Source: a virus (taxonomy: Duplodnaviria; Caudoviricetes). Taken from it: a DNA stretch of 61,361 nucleotides. The DNA is taken from positions 1 to 61,361 of the IMG/VR virus record IMGVR_UViG_3300030333_005476; one strand, 5' to 3'. Made by a program: the position numbers and the translations under genes. Numbering within the stretch: the first letter of the stretch is position 1; every line of letters begins with the position of its first letter. The notes under the pieces are model-generated. The model did no database searches. It was not told where the DNA came from and saw only the letters and a list, made by a program, of their open reading frames with translations. Shown piece after piece: positions 25,880 to 37,600 of this stretch.

Positions 25880-28093
25880 ATGGCAAAAGGACACAAATAC
25901 ATGAGGAGAGAGACTCACGACCAATACTCTCTTCGCAGGGGTGACATGCTCCCTATTACGGAAGATGGCGGTATCCCCGTATATATATCAAAAGATGGCA
26001 AAGTTCATGCCAAAGGTTTCGTAGACACTAATGATAATTTTGAATTTTATTCCCAAAATAATCAATTTAAAGTATTAACAGAAGACCCTGTACAAAATTA
26101 CTCAAACGAACACATTTTTACCAAAACTGACAATAAAATATTCAGCACAGAATCTTACGAAGTTTTAGCTGGAGCTTTTCAAAACATCTACTTTCCGTTA
26201 GCTCCTTACAGCAATGAAGAGCCTCCCGCTCATCACAAAAAATATAATTTACTAAATAAAAAAACTAAAACGAGCATTAAATCGTTTACTACTTCTTACT
26301 CTAATCCAGTAGCTTTTCAGTTTAAGTTTACTGGGGATGGAAACGTACATTCGGAGCCCTTGGTTCAGTCGGCTTGGTATGGACCTTTTAATCAAGACGT
26401 ATACATTGATTCTGATTTAATGGTTACTAGCGTCAATGACCTCATAATAATTAAAAGCGGCCAGCTCAATAAGCAGCCTATGACGCCCACCATAAACAAC
26501 GTGCAAAAAGTAAATTTTACTTCGGGTGCATCTGGACACGTTTATATAGAAACTCCTTCTTCGCCTGATCACGTTTATGACGCGACTCTAAATCAAAATT
26601 TCGATACAAAGTTTTTTAAATTCAAGAATAAAGACAACGTCAATAGGGTTCAGGAAACGTCTCCTGCGCCCAGAGCTTCTGGAGCAATAGGCATATTAAA
26701 AAATGGGGTATTTGTTAATTCGCCTAGAGATTCTGTTAGCTTTAGTGGGTTAAATGTTTGGCACTTTGACTCTGTATACGAAGGCGATTTGGACGATTGC
26801 AATGGGCAAATAGAGCCAGATAATTTGATGGATAATTATAACTGTTATAATTACAAAGCTTTGCCCAAGTGCCTTTGCGATATTCACGATGATCAAAACC
26901 ACTCTCCGCTTTTAGGGTTTGCCAAAGATGGCTTTCCGATTTATGGTCCTTACGGTTACTCTGAATCCTTTAATCCATCGAGTCAAATTAAAAGGCTTGA
27001 TACTAGCTATAGATTAAAGCAGTCCGCGTCCAGATTGCAAGGCCCAGATTTTTCTAATTATGCGTCAGGCACTTTCGTGCAAGATTATGAATACGTTTCT
27101 AATCTAGGTGATCTAGATGACCATAATGGAAGAAGCTGCGTGACTCCGGAGTTTCCAAACGGGACGTATGCTTATTTTACAACTATGACCAGCGGTTACC
27201 AACCGGCTTATCCATATGTTATTGGAGATACTTATTACGGAAAAGTCAGTGGGGATCAAGGGTACAACGGAAGCGTAACTGAATCGCCGTTATACTATAG
27301 GGGTTATTATTCTAATAGAAGCGATATGCTTAACCTGTATACTGACCCGCAAATAAACGTATGGAATGTATATGGAGATACAAATCTATTGAGCGCGGGG
27401 CTAAGAAGCGAAAAGATAATATTTGTTTCACCGCACGTAATCATGCAGGACACGGGGGTATTCCTGTACACTGGAAAAGAGCAGTATTATAAAACGGTAA
27501 ATGGAGCTCAACAACCCGCCACTTATTCTGGCAACCTAAGGATGGCTACGGGCAATGGGGACTTCTTGGTTAGAAAAGAATCTTACAGTTATCCAACATC
27601 CATGAATTGTAAACTGATGGAAAATAACCCTTTATCTGGCGGGATGAATTTCCTTTACGAAGATGTTGACACTGATACCAGTTTAATGTCTAACTCGCCC
27701 TCCACCGTTACTGGAACACATTTTTATTCTCAATACGCAACGCACAAAAAAGTAAAAAATAAAGTTTACTCAGGCGTATGGAAAGGGGTCATTCCCGCTG
27801 GAACACCTTTTAAAGTAGAGAACTGGGCGTTCAATGGGGAGATGATGGGATACGATGGAAAATTAAAAGTGAGGCCAGTCGACCCTCACCCCCTTACAAG
27901 CGGAAACATTATAACTTTGTACGCAAAAGTAACGGGTATAGGAGAAACGTATGACGAAGCGTATTCAGATGCTATGGCAATTTCAAGAGACGAAATTAAT
28001 AAAAAGTTAAATACATTATTGGTTAATAGTGGAGTTAAAAATAAAAACTCAAGGATGAGAGCTTGGGAAAATCTTAAGGAGATTTCAAAATGA
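25880..28093 (+). CDS. YHYH-domain virion protein (variant motif)
   Basis: GAIGI..NGV, HSPLLGFAKDGFPIYGPYG, GDLDDHNGR..VTPEFPNGTYAYF, YPYVIG. Confidence 0.85.
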   Translation: MAKGHKYMRRETHDQYSLRRGDMLPITEDGGIPVYISKDGKVHAKGFVDTNDNFEFYSQNNQFKVLTEDPVQNYSNEHIFTKTDNKIFSTESYEVLAGAFQNIYFPLAPYSNEEPPAHHKKYNLLNKKTKTSIKSFTTSYSNPVAFQFKFTGDGNVHSEPLVQSAWYGPFNQDVYIDSDLMVTSVNDLIIIKSGQLNKQPMTPTINNVQKVNFTSGASGHVYIETPSSPDHVYDATLNQNFDTKFFKFKNKDNVNRVQETSPAPRASGAIGILKNGVFVNSPRDSVSFSGLNVWHFDSVYEGDLDDCNGQIEPDNLMDNYNCYNYKALPKCLCDIHDDQNHSPLLGFAKDGFPIYGPYGYSESFNPSSQIKRLDTSYRLKQSASRLQGPDFSNYASGTFVQDYEYVSNLGDLDDHNGRSCVTPEFPNGTYAYFTTMTSGYQPAYPYVIGDTYYGKVSGDQGYNGSVTESPLYYRGYYSNRSDMLNLYTDPQINVWNVYGDTNLLSAGLRSEKIIFVSPHVIMQDTGVFLYTGKEQYYKTVNGAQQPATYSGNLRMATGNGDFLVRKESYSYPTSMNCKLMENNPLSGGMNFLYEDVDTDTSLMSNSPSTVTGTHFYSQYATHKKVKNKVYSGVWKGVIPAGTPFKVENWAFNGEMMGYDGKLKVRPVDPHPLTSGNIITLYAKVTGIGETYDEAYSDAMAISRDEINKKLNTLLVNSGVKNKNSRMRAWENLKEISK

Positions 28094-28635
28094 TAAACAA
28101 GTATCATACTTATAGAAATTATTACAAATACAAAGCTTACGTATATAATGTACCCAATTCTTTTAATAGGTTGGGCATGGACGTGTACCCAAGGTACTTC
28201 GTTAGGCCTGTGACTTTATTGGAGGTTATGGCCTATTCCCGCTCCCCTAAAAGCGTCGACGATGGGTTCGATAAGGATATCGAGTCCGGTCTGTACCTTA
28301 AAAATAGATTGGAAATTAACGACACAATCCCCTACGAAGAAATAGAAATTCAATTTGAATTTATAAAAACTAACCCACCTTTTTGGTTCTCTAGTCAAGA
28401 GACTTATGCCGAATTTGCTCAGACAAATATGAATAGAACTTTACAAGCAGAATATGAAAATATGTATGTTTCAGCCGCCTCGAAAATCGTGGTGGTTGAT
28501 GCAGGAACAAACTCAGAAATACCAGTCGATCACAGTTATAAAGAAGTAACGCAATGGACAACAAGAGAATTCAGAAAGCCAGTAGCTCAGGCATGGCCAA
28601 TAGAAAAAGGTGTAATCATATCTAAGGTGAATTAA
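28090..28635 (+). CDS. Hypothetical protein
   Basis: ATGA overlap with the previous gene. Confidence 0.7.
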   Translation: MINKYHTYRNYYKYKAYVYNVPNSFNRLGMDVYPRYFVRPVTLLEVMAYSRSPKSVDDGFDKDIESGLYLKNRLEINDTIPYEEIEIQFEFIKTNPPFWFSSQETYAEFAQTNMNRTLQAEYENMYVSAASKIVVVDAGTNSEIPVDHSYKEVTQWTTREFRKPVAQAWPIEKGVIISKVN

Positions 28636-31600
28636 ATGGCAGGAATCGTAATACAATCAATGGGGCCTTTAACCGCCGCCCAATTAAATGAAAGACCTCA
28701 GGGTAAGGCCTTTCAGGCCAGCGCCCAAGGCTCGGGCCAAGTCATAAAAGATTATCACCTCTTGGACCCTGATAGCGTATGGTGGAGAACTGTTCACCCA
28801 GATGAAGGGGTTGTCATTTTTGGTCCAGAGATAATTAATGGAAAATTTGATTTAACTTCTGAGACTGTGTTACAACGCAGTAGACTTGCTGGAAATAACC
28901 TTAAAATTTCCCCAGCGGAAGCAAAGGCAGTTTTTGGGCTACTAATCGATCCGGATAATCCCAATGAAAAATTACATGAGAGCATCATGGGTGCCAGCAA
29001 GTTTAAACATAGCTCTTTTGTAGAAAAGTGGAGAGGCGTTGCCGCCACGGAAATCGCCAACCCCTTTAAGCAAAGATTTGATTATTCTTCCATGCAGAGA
29101 TTTCTTGGTCACGCAGTCAAGTATTACGCCGCTGCAAGCACTTTAAATTATTTAAAAGAGGCCGAAAACGCTAGGGCAGAAGCTATACAACAATGGGAGA
29201 CCGCCAACAGCGCATATTTAAGTAGCGGTGAGGGCGCAAGAAATACCGCTTGGGTAACTGAGTATAACGCTCAATTTCTCACTCAAGGCACCACAACATA
29301 TCAAGAGCTCATACCAGGTTGCCCCTACCCTTGGTGGAGCGGATGTTATCGAGACGTCACCGTCGCAAACGGAATGTATGGCTCCGCTTTGTCGGACCCG
29401 TGGCAAACTACAACTGACCCCGATTCATTAACAAGTCTTCAGAATCTTATTTCTAGAACTTTGTGGGAAAACGAACCCAGAGTAATAGCTCAGCTTGGGG
29501 AGTTTGATCCTAATTCTAACTTTAGAATGATCGCTTGGGATGAGGGTTTGAATAATTACGCTAGTTATTTAAACGAGCAGGGTGGAGCGGCAAACTGGCA
29601 GAGCTTGAGCTCCGCCAACAGCTTTTGGGACGTAGGAAACTTTAGAAATGAACAACTAAATCCTGGAGCCAGACCTGAAAACTTATCATTTGCAACATCA
29701 AAAAAATTCTTAAAAGGATTTTTAATAATGGGCGCATGCCTAGCGGGCATAGGCGTACTCGCTAGGGTATGGGGTAAAATAAGAGAAGATGCCAATAGCA
29801 CTTTTAATGCAAACGGCTTTGAGTCGAGCGAGTCGTGGAGTCATCATACCAGTAGAGTTTTAGCGCATACCATAGGTCAATCTACATTGACTACTTGGAT
29901 TAAAAACTTGATTCAAGATCATGACCCTACTCAATTTGCTTTAAACGCGTATCAGGGCGGCAAAGACGTTGTCGAAAAATGCAAAAATATTATACAAAGC
30001 CTGTTGACCTCTGGGCGACGTGACGTTGGCGGAGACTTTATAACGAGTGATTATAGATTAATTGATTCGACATATGAGTACACCCTTGGCGGACAAGGCG
30101 CGCTTCTAGCCACTACTAATACAATAGGTGTTAATGTTACATTAACGAACTCAAAAGTCCTTGTCTTAAAAGCTAGCAAGGTTGAAGACGTGGTGAAAGA
30201 ATATTTCAAGGATTTACCTGTCACAGCGCAGAACTGGCGACAAAAAGTAAACGCTAAGATGCACGAACAATTTTACTCTAGCGCCAAACGTGATGCAATT
30301 CTTTCTCTTGCTGAAGTGGGCGTTCCTGGCACTGGAGCCTTCAAAATTGTAATTCAAGATGGTGGAAACGGTTATCCTTATGGAAGGGAGAGGCTAGGGG
30401 TAAATGAGCACGGTTATTATATTTTCACTTTTGATCCCGCCACCAATAGGGTATTGATAACAGGCGTTTCTGATCTCAAGTACGGCTTGGCGGTGAAGCC
30501 AGACTTTCTTGACGAACGGCAATTTTTAACTGGTAGATTTTATAAGATATCTCATGGCGTACTTTTGGAAAACTTTAAAGAGCTTAGATCAAGCTTGAGT
30601 CAAATATCTAATATCATCAAAACCAAGAAAAGCACCGCTTCTAAACTCAATGCAAAATTAGTGGCACAACAACAACAGAATGCCAAGAGTATTTATTGGA
30701 ACACGCCGGTTGAATTACCTCATAATTATAAAACCGCAAACCAGTTTAAACACTTAAACTTAAAAACATATTTAGATAGCGACGGAAACCTTTCCCATAT
30801 CCCAAGCAACAACAAACCACACCAAGTTTGGGGAGTTGAACTCATTGAAGTTACTAAACAAAACGAAAAGACTCAAGCGTGGGAGGAGCACAAAAATAAA
30901 GAGGGTCAATTCGAAATTCCAGACGGGCAAGTACCACTAAAACAAGTGGCAGAATTTAACAATGGAACCACTTACGCTACAGCCCCTAATGTTGAAGACG
31001 TGGCTTGGGTTGGGTATCTAAACGGAGGGAGTCGCCATTTCAATTCACCACGTAACCCAGCCTTTAATATACTTCCGAATTCACCAACAAATGAAGCTCA
31101 GAAAGGTATAGCCAAAGAAGTTTTATTCGAAAAAACTATTGTACGAGGACGAGACAGAGGCACATACAGAGCTAAAATAAAGTTTTGGGGTTGGGGGAGT
31201 ATATTTGTTGCCCCTGCGGACGCTGCGGCCGGTGTTGCGGATTCTTTGCTTTACGAAAATAGACTAAGTGATCATTATAAGCTGGCTCATTTTTACGACA
31301 CTATATGCAAAAAGCTAGATGCAGAAATATACAAAGCTTGTTCGGTTATAAATAGAAAATTTCAAAACCATACTGGCGGCTCAAAATTTGGTACGCTTAT
31401 ACCAACGTTTTCGGCTGCAATAAATAATTACGGAATGCTTCAGCGCGCCTTTGTTGATACTCGAGGGTGGGACCTTAATAACGCAAAGAAAGAGGAAGGC
31501 GATCACCAAGACGGGGGAGAAAACCTTAAGGGCCACGGAGATTTTACCGCTAATCATTTTCACGCAACCAACACCAAAACATTCAAGCTTAACATGGGAG

Positions 31601-34600
31601 CGGTGGGTGATTTTAACGGTGGATGCAAAGTCCTAAGCGTTGGCGTAGGCCGAACCACGTTGGCTGACTGGGACAAAAATAATAACGTCCATGCGAAAGC
31701 CAAGACAAAGCCTGCGAATCCTCAAGCAGTAAAACCTAAAGATTTAGACGGTAACGCTTACGCCTCGAATACCCAAATACAGTATGACGAAATTAAGTTC
31801 GAATCCATGACTTGGGACGGAGATGGCACAATTCACAACGACAAAGACTCTAAGGATTTTACCTTGGCCTTACATACTGAATTCGGCATAACCATACAGG
31901 GCCATGTATTTGTGAAAAATGTTCACGTTAGAAGAGTGGTGGGCGGCGAATTTTACAGCGCAGATCACCTTACTAACGAAGAGAAAAGTGTTTGGGGATT
32001 GGACCCGAAGCAAGCACAAAAATTTGATGGAAGATTTTTCATTTGCGAGCCCTATATAACGGTAGACTTCGCAGAGTGGGAAGCGGTAAAGGGAAGTGTT
32101 TCGAGCGGCGGTGCAACCGACGCGGAGCCAGAAAACTCTCAAGCTGAAGATGATCCGGCCCCCGAAACTAGGACCGCACAAGCGTTAGAGCGTGCGGTTC
32201 AAATCGAAATGCAGCAATTTAATGCAGCAAACAATATCGAGTGGGCTTCTATGTTTAATAGTCAATGGTCCAAGCTGGAACGCATCGCTTATAAAACCTC
32301 TAGGAATCACAACTTCATAACTCCATACCCTTGGAGTCGAGCAAAGCTAACAAATATTTTCTCGCACAACGTTGACCCAGATGATGGCGCAGTTAATGCA
32401 CCTGGCAAACCTGCAACTATATTAAAACAAATATATAATATAGTTATTCAGATGCCGAAGGCGGACCCAAACGCTAAGCCGGGCACCACTGACCCCAGAA
32501 AAATTGGTGAGAGTGAGCTTAAGGCTCTTAAGTCACTAACTTATTACGTACCCACTTTTAGTAGATGCGGCAAAAACAAAAACAACATTTCTTTAAAAGA
32601 GACTTTCTTCAGCAACCAAACCTCTTACAACTTGTTTACCGCTAGCCAAAAAGTAGACGAAGCTCTTTGCGGTAAATATTCCTGTGGGGCAGTCCACGCT
32701 TATACCAGAGTTCCACCAATAGGTCTCTCTAGAGCCGCTGGCGTGAGCGACTCTAACATGAAACGAGTCGATAGCCGAGGAAACGTACTAAAAGATGCTA
32801 ATGGTAATGATATAACTTATACCGATTACAAGATTGATGGCCCCAAAGATGACCCACTGCCAATCTGTGGTAATGCGACTATCACCTTTAGATTTTTCCC
32901 AACGCAAAACACGCAAGTAAGAAGCAATCTTTATAACGAGTCCGTTAGTAGTGCTTTTCTTGGCCAAACGGGCTTTAACATAAGTGATTCTTGTTTGCCT
33001 TTGTATGAGGTTTCGGATACTAATGGAAAGGTCACTTCGGTAAAAGACGCTGATGGTAATGTGATCTTTACGGTGCCAAGTAAAAATTGGCTGGCTGAAA
33101 TTCCTGTACGATCACCCGGATTCTTCGCTAAGCTGGTTGGCAAGACAGAAGCCGACTACACACCTGCTACGGCAGATGTAACTTTACCTGAAATCTGGGG
33201 CAACTGGAGCAACGCTCAATTCAACCGGAAAGCGAGTGGTGGAAAAGAATCTTGGACATCAGGTTGGGTTCAAGGGGCTCTGAATCATGACAACTTTGTT
33301 TCTAGTATATTTAAAATAATCGTTGAGCTTTTTGTGGGCGACGTGTCTCCCAATTTGGCTATATTCCACCTTAGAAAAGCCTCCGCTAAAACACGCGTTT
33401 GGGATTACAAAAACGTAGGAACCGTTTTGGGCTACACATATGATCTACGGAAAGCTTACGAATATCACCGCATGATGCAAGATGGTTGGGCTCCTTATGC
33501 TCATGAATACGCGGGCGAAGACGCGATATCCACCAAAAACCCGTTTAAAAAAGGCGAAAGAAACACATATAACGGCAATAGTATTGCCGTATATCATCTT
33601 GCTCACGTTGGAAAAATCTTACAAGGTTTTTATAACGACCTTGCCTTGAGTAAAGAAACTTGGACGTCAAGCAACACAAAAGCGGCGCCTATTGATCCAT
33701 TTAACGAGAGCACACTAACAAACAACATTCACCCTTCTAGAAAACAGTTTGTTTCGCATGTTTTTGGTACACTTAAATATGACAACAAAGACCTCAGTCT
33801 TGGCTTTCGTATGAAAGGTTACCATGGTAGCCCACTTGAAATAACGGAAAATTCTTTTGAATCGTATAACCAACCGGAAAAAACGCTCACCGTAACTAGG
33901 ACTCTTTCTGGTCTGTGTTATCCCGTGGTAAACGATTACGGCTACAAGTGGGAGAGGCTCCTTTTAATGGAGGACTCTGATAAGTATTACGATAAGAAGG
34001 CGATTAATCCGTTTGAAAATTTCCAGCCTAGGTCGCAACAAAGACAAAGCAACGGCGCAAAATTAGGGCACTCCGTATTCGCTACTAGCGATAACACTGT
34101 ACCCCTTGGCTGGAGAGAGATTATTGACGGGATTGACGAAAAACACAATGGGACTATTTTTGCTCAGACTTATACCAATACCGCTCAACTATCAGAGCAT
34201 TACGGCTGGAACAAGACGATAAAAGATTATAAAAAAGAAATTTTAGGAAACCCTAACGCTACTGACGCAGAGATTGAAAAAGCTTGGAACGGAGATGCTG
34301 ACGCTATGGTTGAGTCCAACTTTCCAATCAGAGAATCTCAAGAAATAACTGGCCCTGATGAAAACGACGTGGTGCAGGAGGTGCAGTTGTATACTGAATC
34401 TCAAGGCACGCAGGGCGTAGGATATAACCCTTGGGCTGGTTTTGACATGTCAACCAATACGTCAGATTACGCGGCGGGAGAATTCATAGACAGCAGCCTA
34501 GACAACATTAATAATCAAGAAATTAGGCCTCCCCTTGATGAGACTTTCCCAAGTAAAAACGAATGGAATGATTTAGCCAAAGCAATGGACGAAAAAATAA

Positions 34601-37600
34601 AGGGAATGGCACAAATATTCCCTAGGATTTATATCACTGATTATAAATTCGGATATCAAGCGCAAGAGAATACTGACGGATCACTTATTTCTATACCGAT
34701 TAACGCAGACGAAAATGGAGTGGCTAAAAACACCAATATAATTGATCTTAAAAACTTTATTAAAGAATATATTAAAGCGGACAAGTTAGATCAAAATGGT
34801 AATCCATCATGGAAGTCTGACTCTTGGAGCGCTTGGGATAAGGCTTACAAAAACGCTATCGAAGGAAACTGGGGGCTGGAAGGTACTGGCTCATCAAAAA
34901 CCGCTGCAATGGCAGACCTTAGCGGCCAAGCTCTTTTATACTCTGAAATGGTGAATAAATTTCACTATTTAGATTGGGATGATGCCGCTGTGAACGGGCA
35001 CACCACTGAAATTAAAAACGCTGTGCCTATGGATGCTTGGGGGGATATCAGCACTGATGATCAAAAAGCCAAAATTACTCATACTGTAGGCTGGGGTCAC
35101 ACCGAGGAAGAGGCAGAAAATAATGCTCGTTTTGCTTTAGAAACCGAACTCATAAACAAACTTTTCACCAAGGCCGTTCCAAACAGTTGCATGCTTAACT
35201 ACGATGTTACGGATAAAACTACTTGGAAGGTGCAAAGCAACAATCCTTTAGATTCATTTAATCTTAATTGGAAGAGAAAGAGTAGCATAACAACAACCAT
35301 AACCGACAACCCAGAAACTCCTTTTTGTCAAGCGGGAATCCCCGCTGATGCAGATGATCATAAAGGTTGCGCTTGGATTCCTAGAAAATATGAAATTATA
35401 AACCCTGATACTTCAAGTTATACCAACTCACAAAATGTAAGCTTCGGGCCTATTTCAGACAATACAAAGAATAATCAAGATAAGTTTACATCTTTAAAAT
35501 CAAGATACCACGCAGGGAACAAACCGGATGGTAGGGACATGGGCGAAGTGTACAAAGTAACTGACGGATGTCTTCAACCGAAAATAGTGAGTTGGAATAG
35601 ACCTTTCAACGAGCTTTATGGTTTTTGGTGCGGCTCAGACGTTAGTGAAAATGGTAAAAACGCAGCTAAGGCTGACGCTTTAAGTCAATTGGCTTACGTT
35701 TATCATAACGTAATACAGTATGGATCGCCACAGTCGCCACCCCCTAACCCCTCTAGTTTTGCTGGAGGAAAAATTCTCAATGAGCCCTCAGCTAACGTAA
35801 ATATGGGTTGTCAATGCAAATTCCCAGACCAAGACGCCTTGGAGAACTCAAGCCAAGCCTTTGATCCTGCGAGCAACAAATGGAAAGTAGACAACAATAA
35901 CTACAGCGATCTGAAAAATCCATATCAAGTAAAACATTTAAGCTTTACGGACTACATAGAAGACAGTGTTGGTTATATTGCACAGCACGGAGGACAAGGA
36001 ACCGCTGGATATAGAACAGTTACTAACAATCCAACCATCTACACAGTAGAAAAAGGATTTTGCAGTATAGACGGATACAATAATCAAGCGGACTGTACGA
36101 GCAACGGTGGTACGTGGACCTCTAAAACTAGAGTGTCAGCAAAAGGAAGCACTTCGCAAGAGGCTTCAGATAGAGTGAACGGCTTGTTGAACATGTATAA
36201 GAGTAGTGATAATCCAGCTTATGGTATTTATTTCGGCGCATCTACAAACAATATACTTAGTCACAGCAATTGTACAGAGTGCAATGGAACATTATCAACT
36301 GTCGAATCAGATTATCAAAACTTGAATTTCATAGCTTGGACTCATGGGGACTTCAGTGATCATTTGTACAACATGGATTCTTTTTCGTATAATGGTGACG
36401 CAGGGGGCAGCACCGATCCATCCGATTGGAACGGCTGGGGCAACACATCTAATATTGACTATTGCATGATGCAGAATGCTTACGACAGCCCACCCACAGC
36501 CAACGGCAACGGCTACACTGGAGAATACGGACAGCATGGTCGCGGTTATCTTCACAATGATACAGTTAGAGCTGATTGGACTAGATGGGCGCAAAGCGGA
36601 AAAATAAATATCCCAGTTGCTTCAGCGGGATCAACAGACACTACCCTGCAAGACTTGTACGAATGTATTCAAGAGCAAGCATTTGAAAAATACATAGGAA
36701 ATGACACTACTTTCACCAATGGGCTCAAAGACGTTCCGCCAGGTAATGATGTGCTCTTTTCCAACATGGGTGATTTTGGTAGTCAGTGGTATGACAGCAG
36801 TCACTCAAGTTATTTAGACCTAATTTCGGATGGCACCTACACCTCAACCGCTGATGGCACGGTCTTTGTTGATAGCGACACGATAGGCGTTAATGTAGGC
36901 GCAGACGCTACCGCAACAAATCATTACAGTAATTGGGATATACCATACGGCAACCCGCCGAACGCAGGAAACGCTCAAAACGTTAACCAAAGCACTTGCG
37001 GGTGCGAGCAAACTACTTTGTGCAGTCATGCGGACGCGATGACTGCGGGATGGGACATACCAGGAGGAACTAGTGCGCCAAATTCTACATACCAATGCTA
37101 CGGAAGAGTCGTTACTAAAAATTATACAGACGGCAACAATAACATCATACCGATCTCTTTGTACGAACAAGTAATCTCTGGCAAGGCTACAAATCCGGAT
37201 GGCGACACAAGATGTGGAATTATATCTCAATCATATTGGGGCACACTTACTCATAAAGACTATGACGGAACCAATAGTTACACCGCTAAAATGGTGTTGA
37301 ATGATTCTTGCGAAACTTACGCGTTTGAGATTTCTGGGCTGTGCCCAAGTGTGGATTCAAACATACATAAAGTTGAAGTCTCAGGAACTTTGAGTTGCGG
37401 GTTGACTCAGCACAAGTATAAGGCTGGACTTTTAAGGAATAAATATAAAGGATACCTTTTTGCTAGCGGGTTAACTCCTTGGGTTACTGGTACAGCAGAC
37501 TGGACAAATGGAGGAATAACAGTTTATAAGAACCCCACCACCAAGCGAGTCGCAACAAGATTCCACGAACAAGAATATGTAGTAAACTACGGCACCGACG

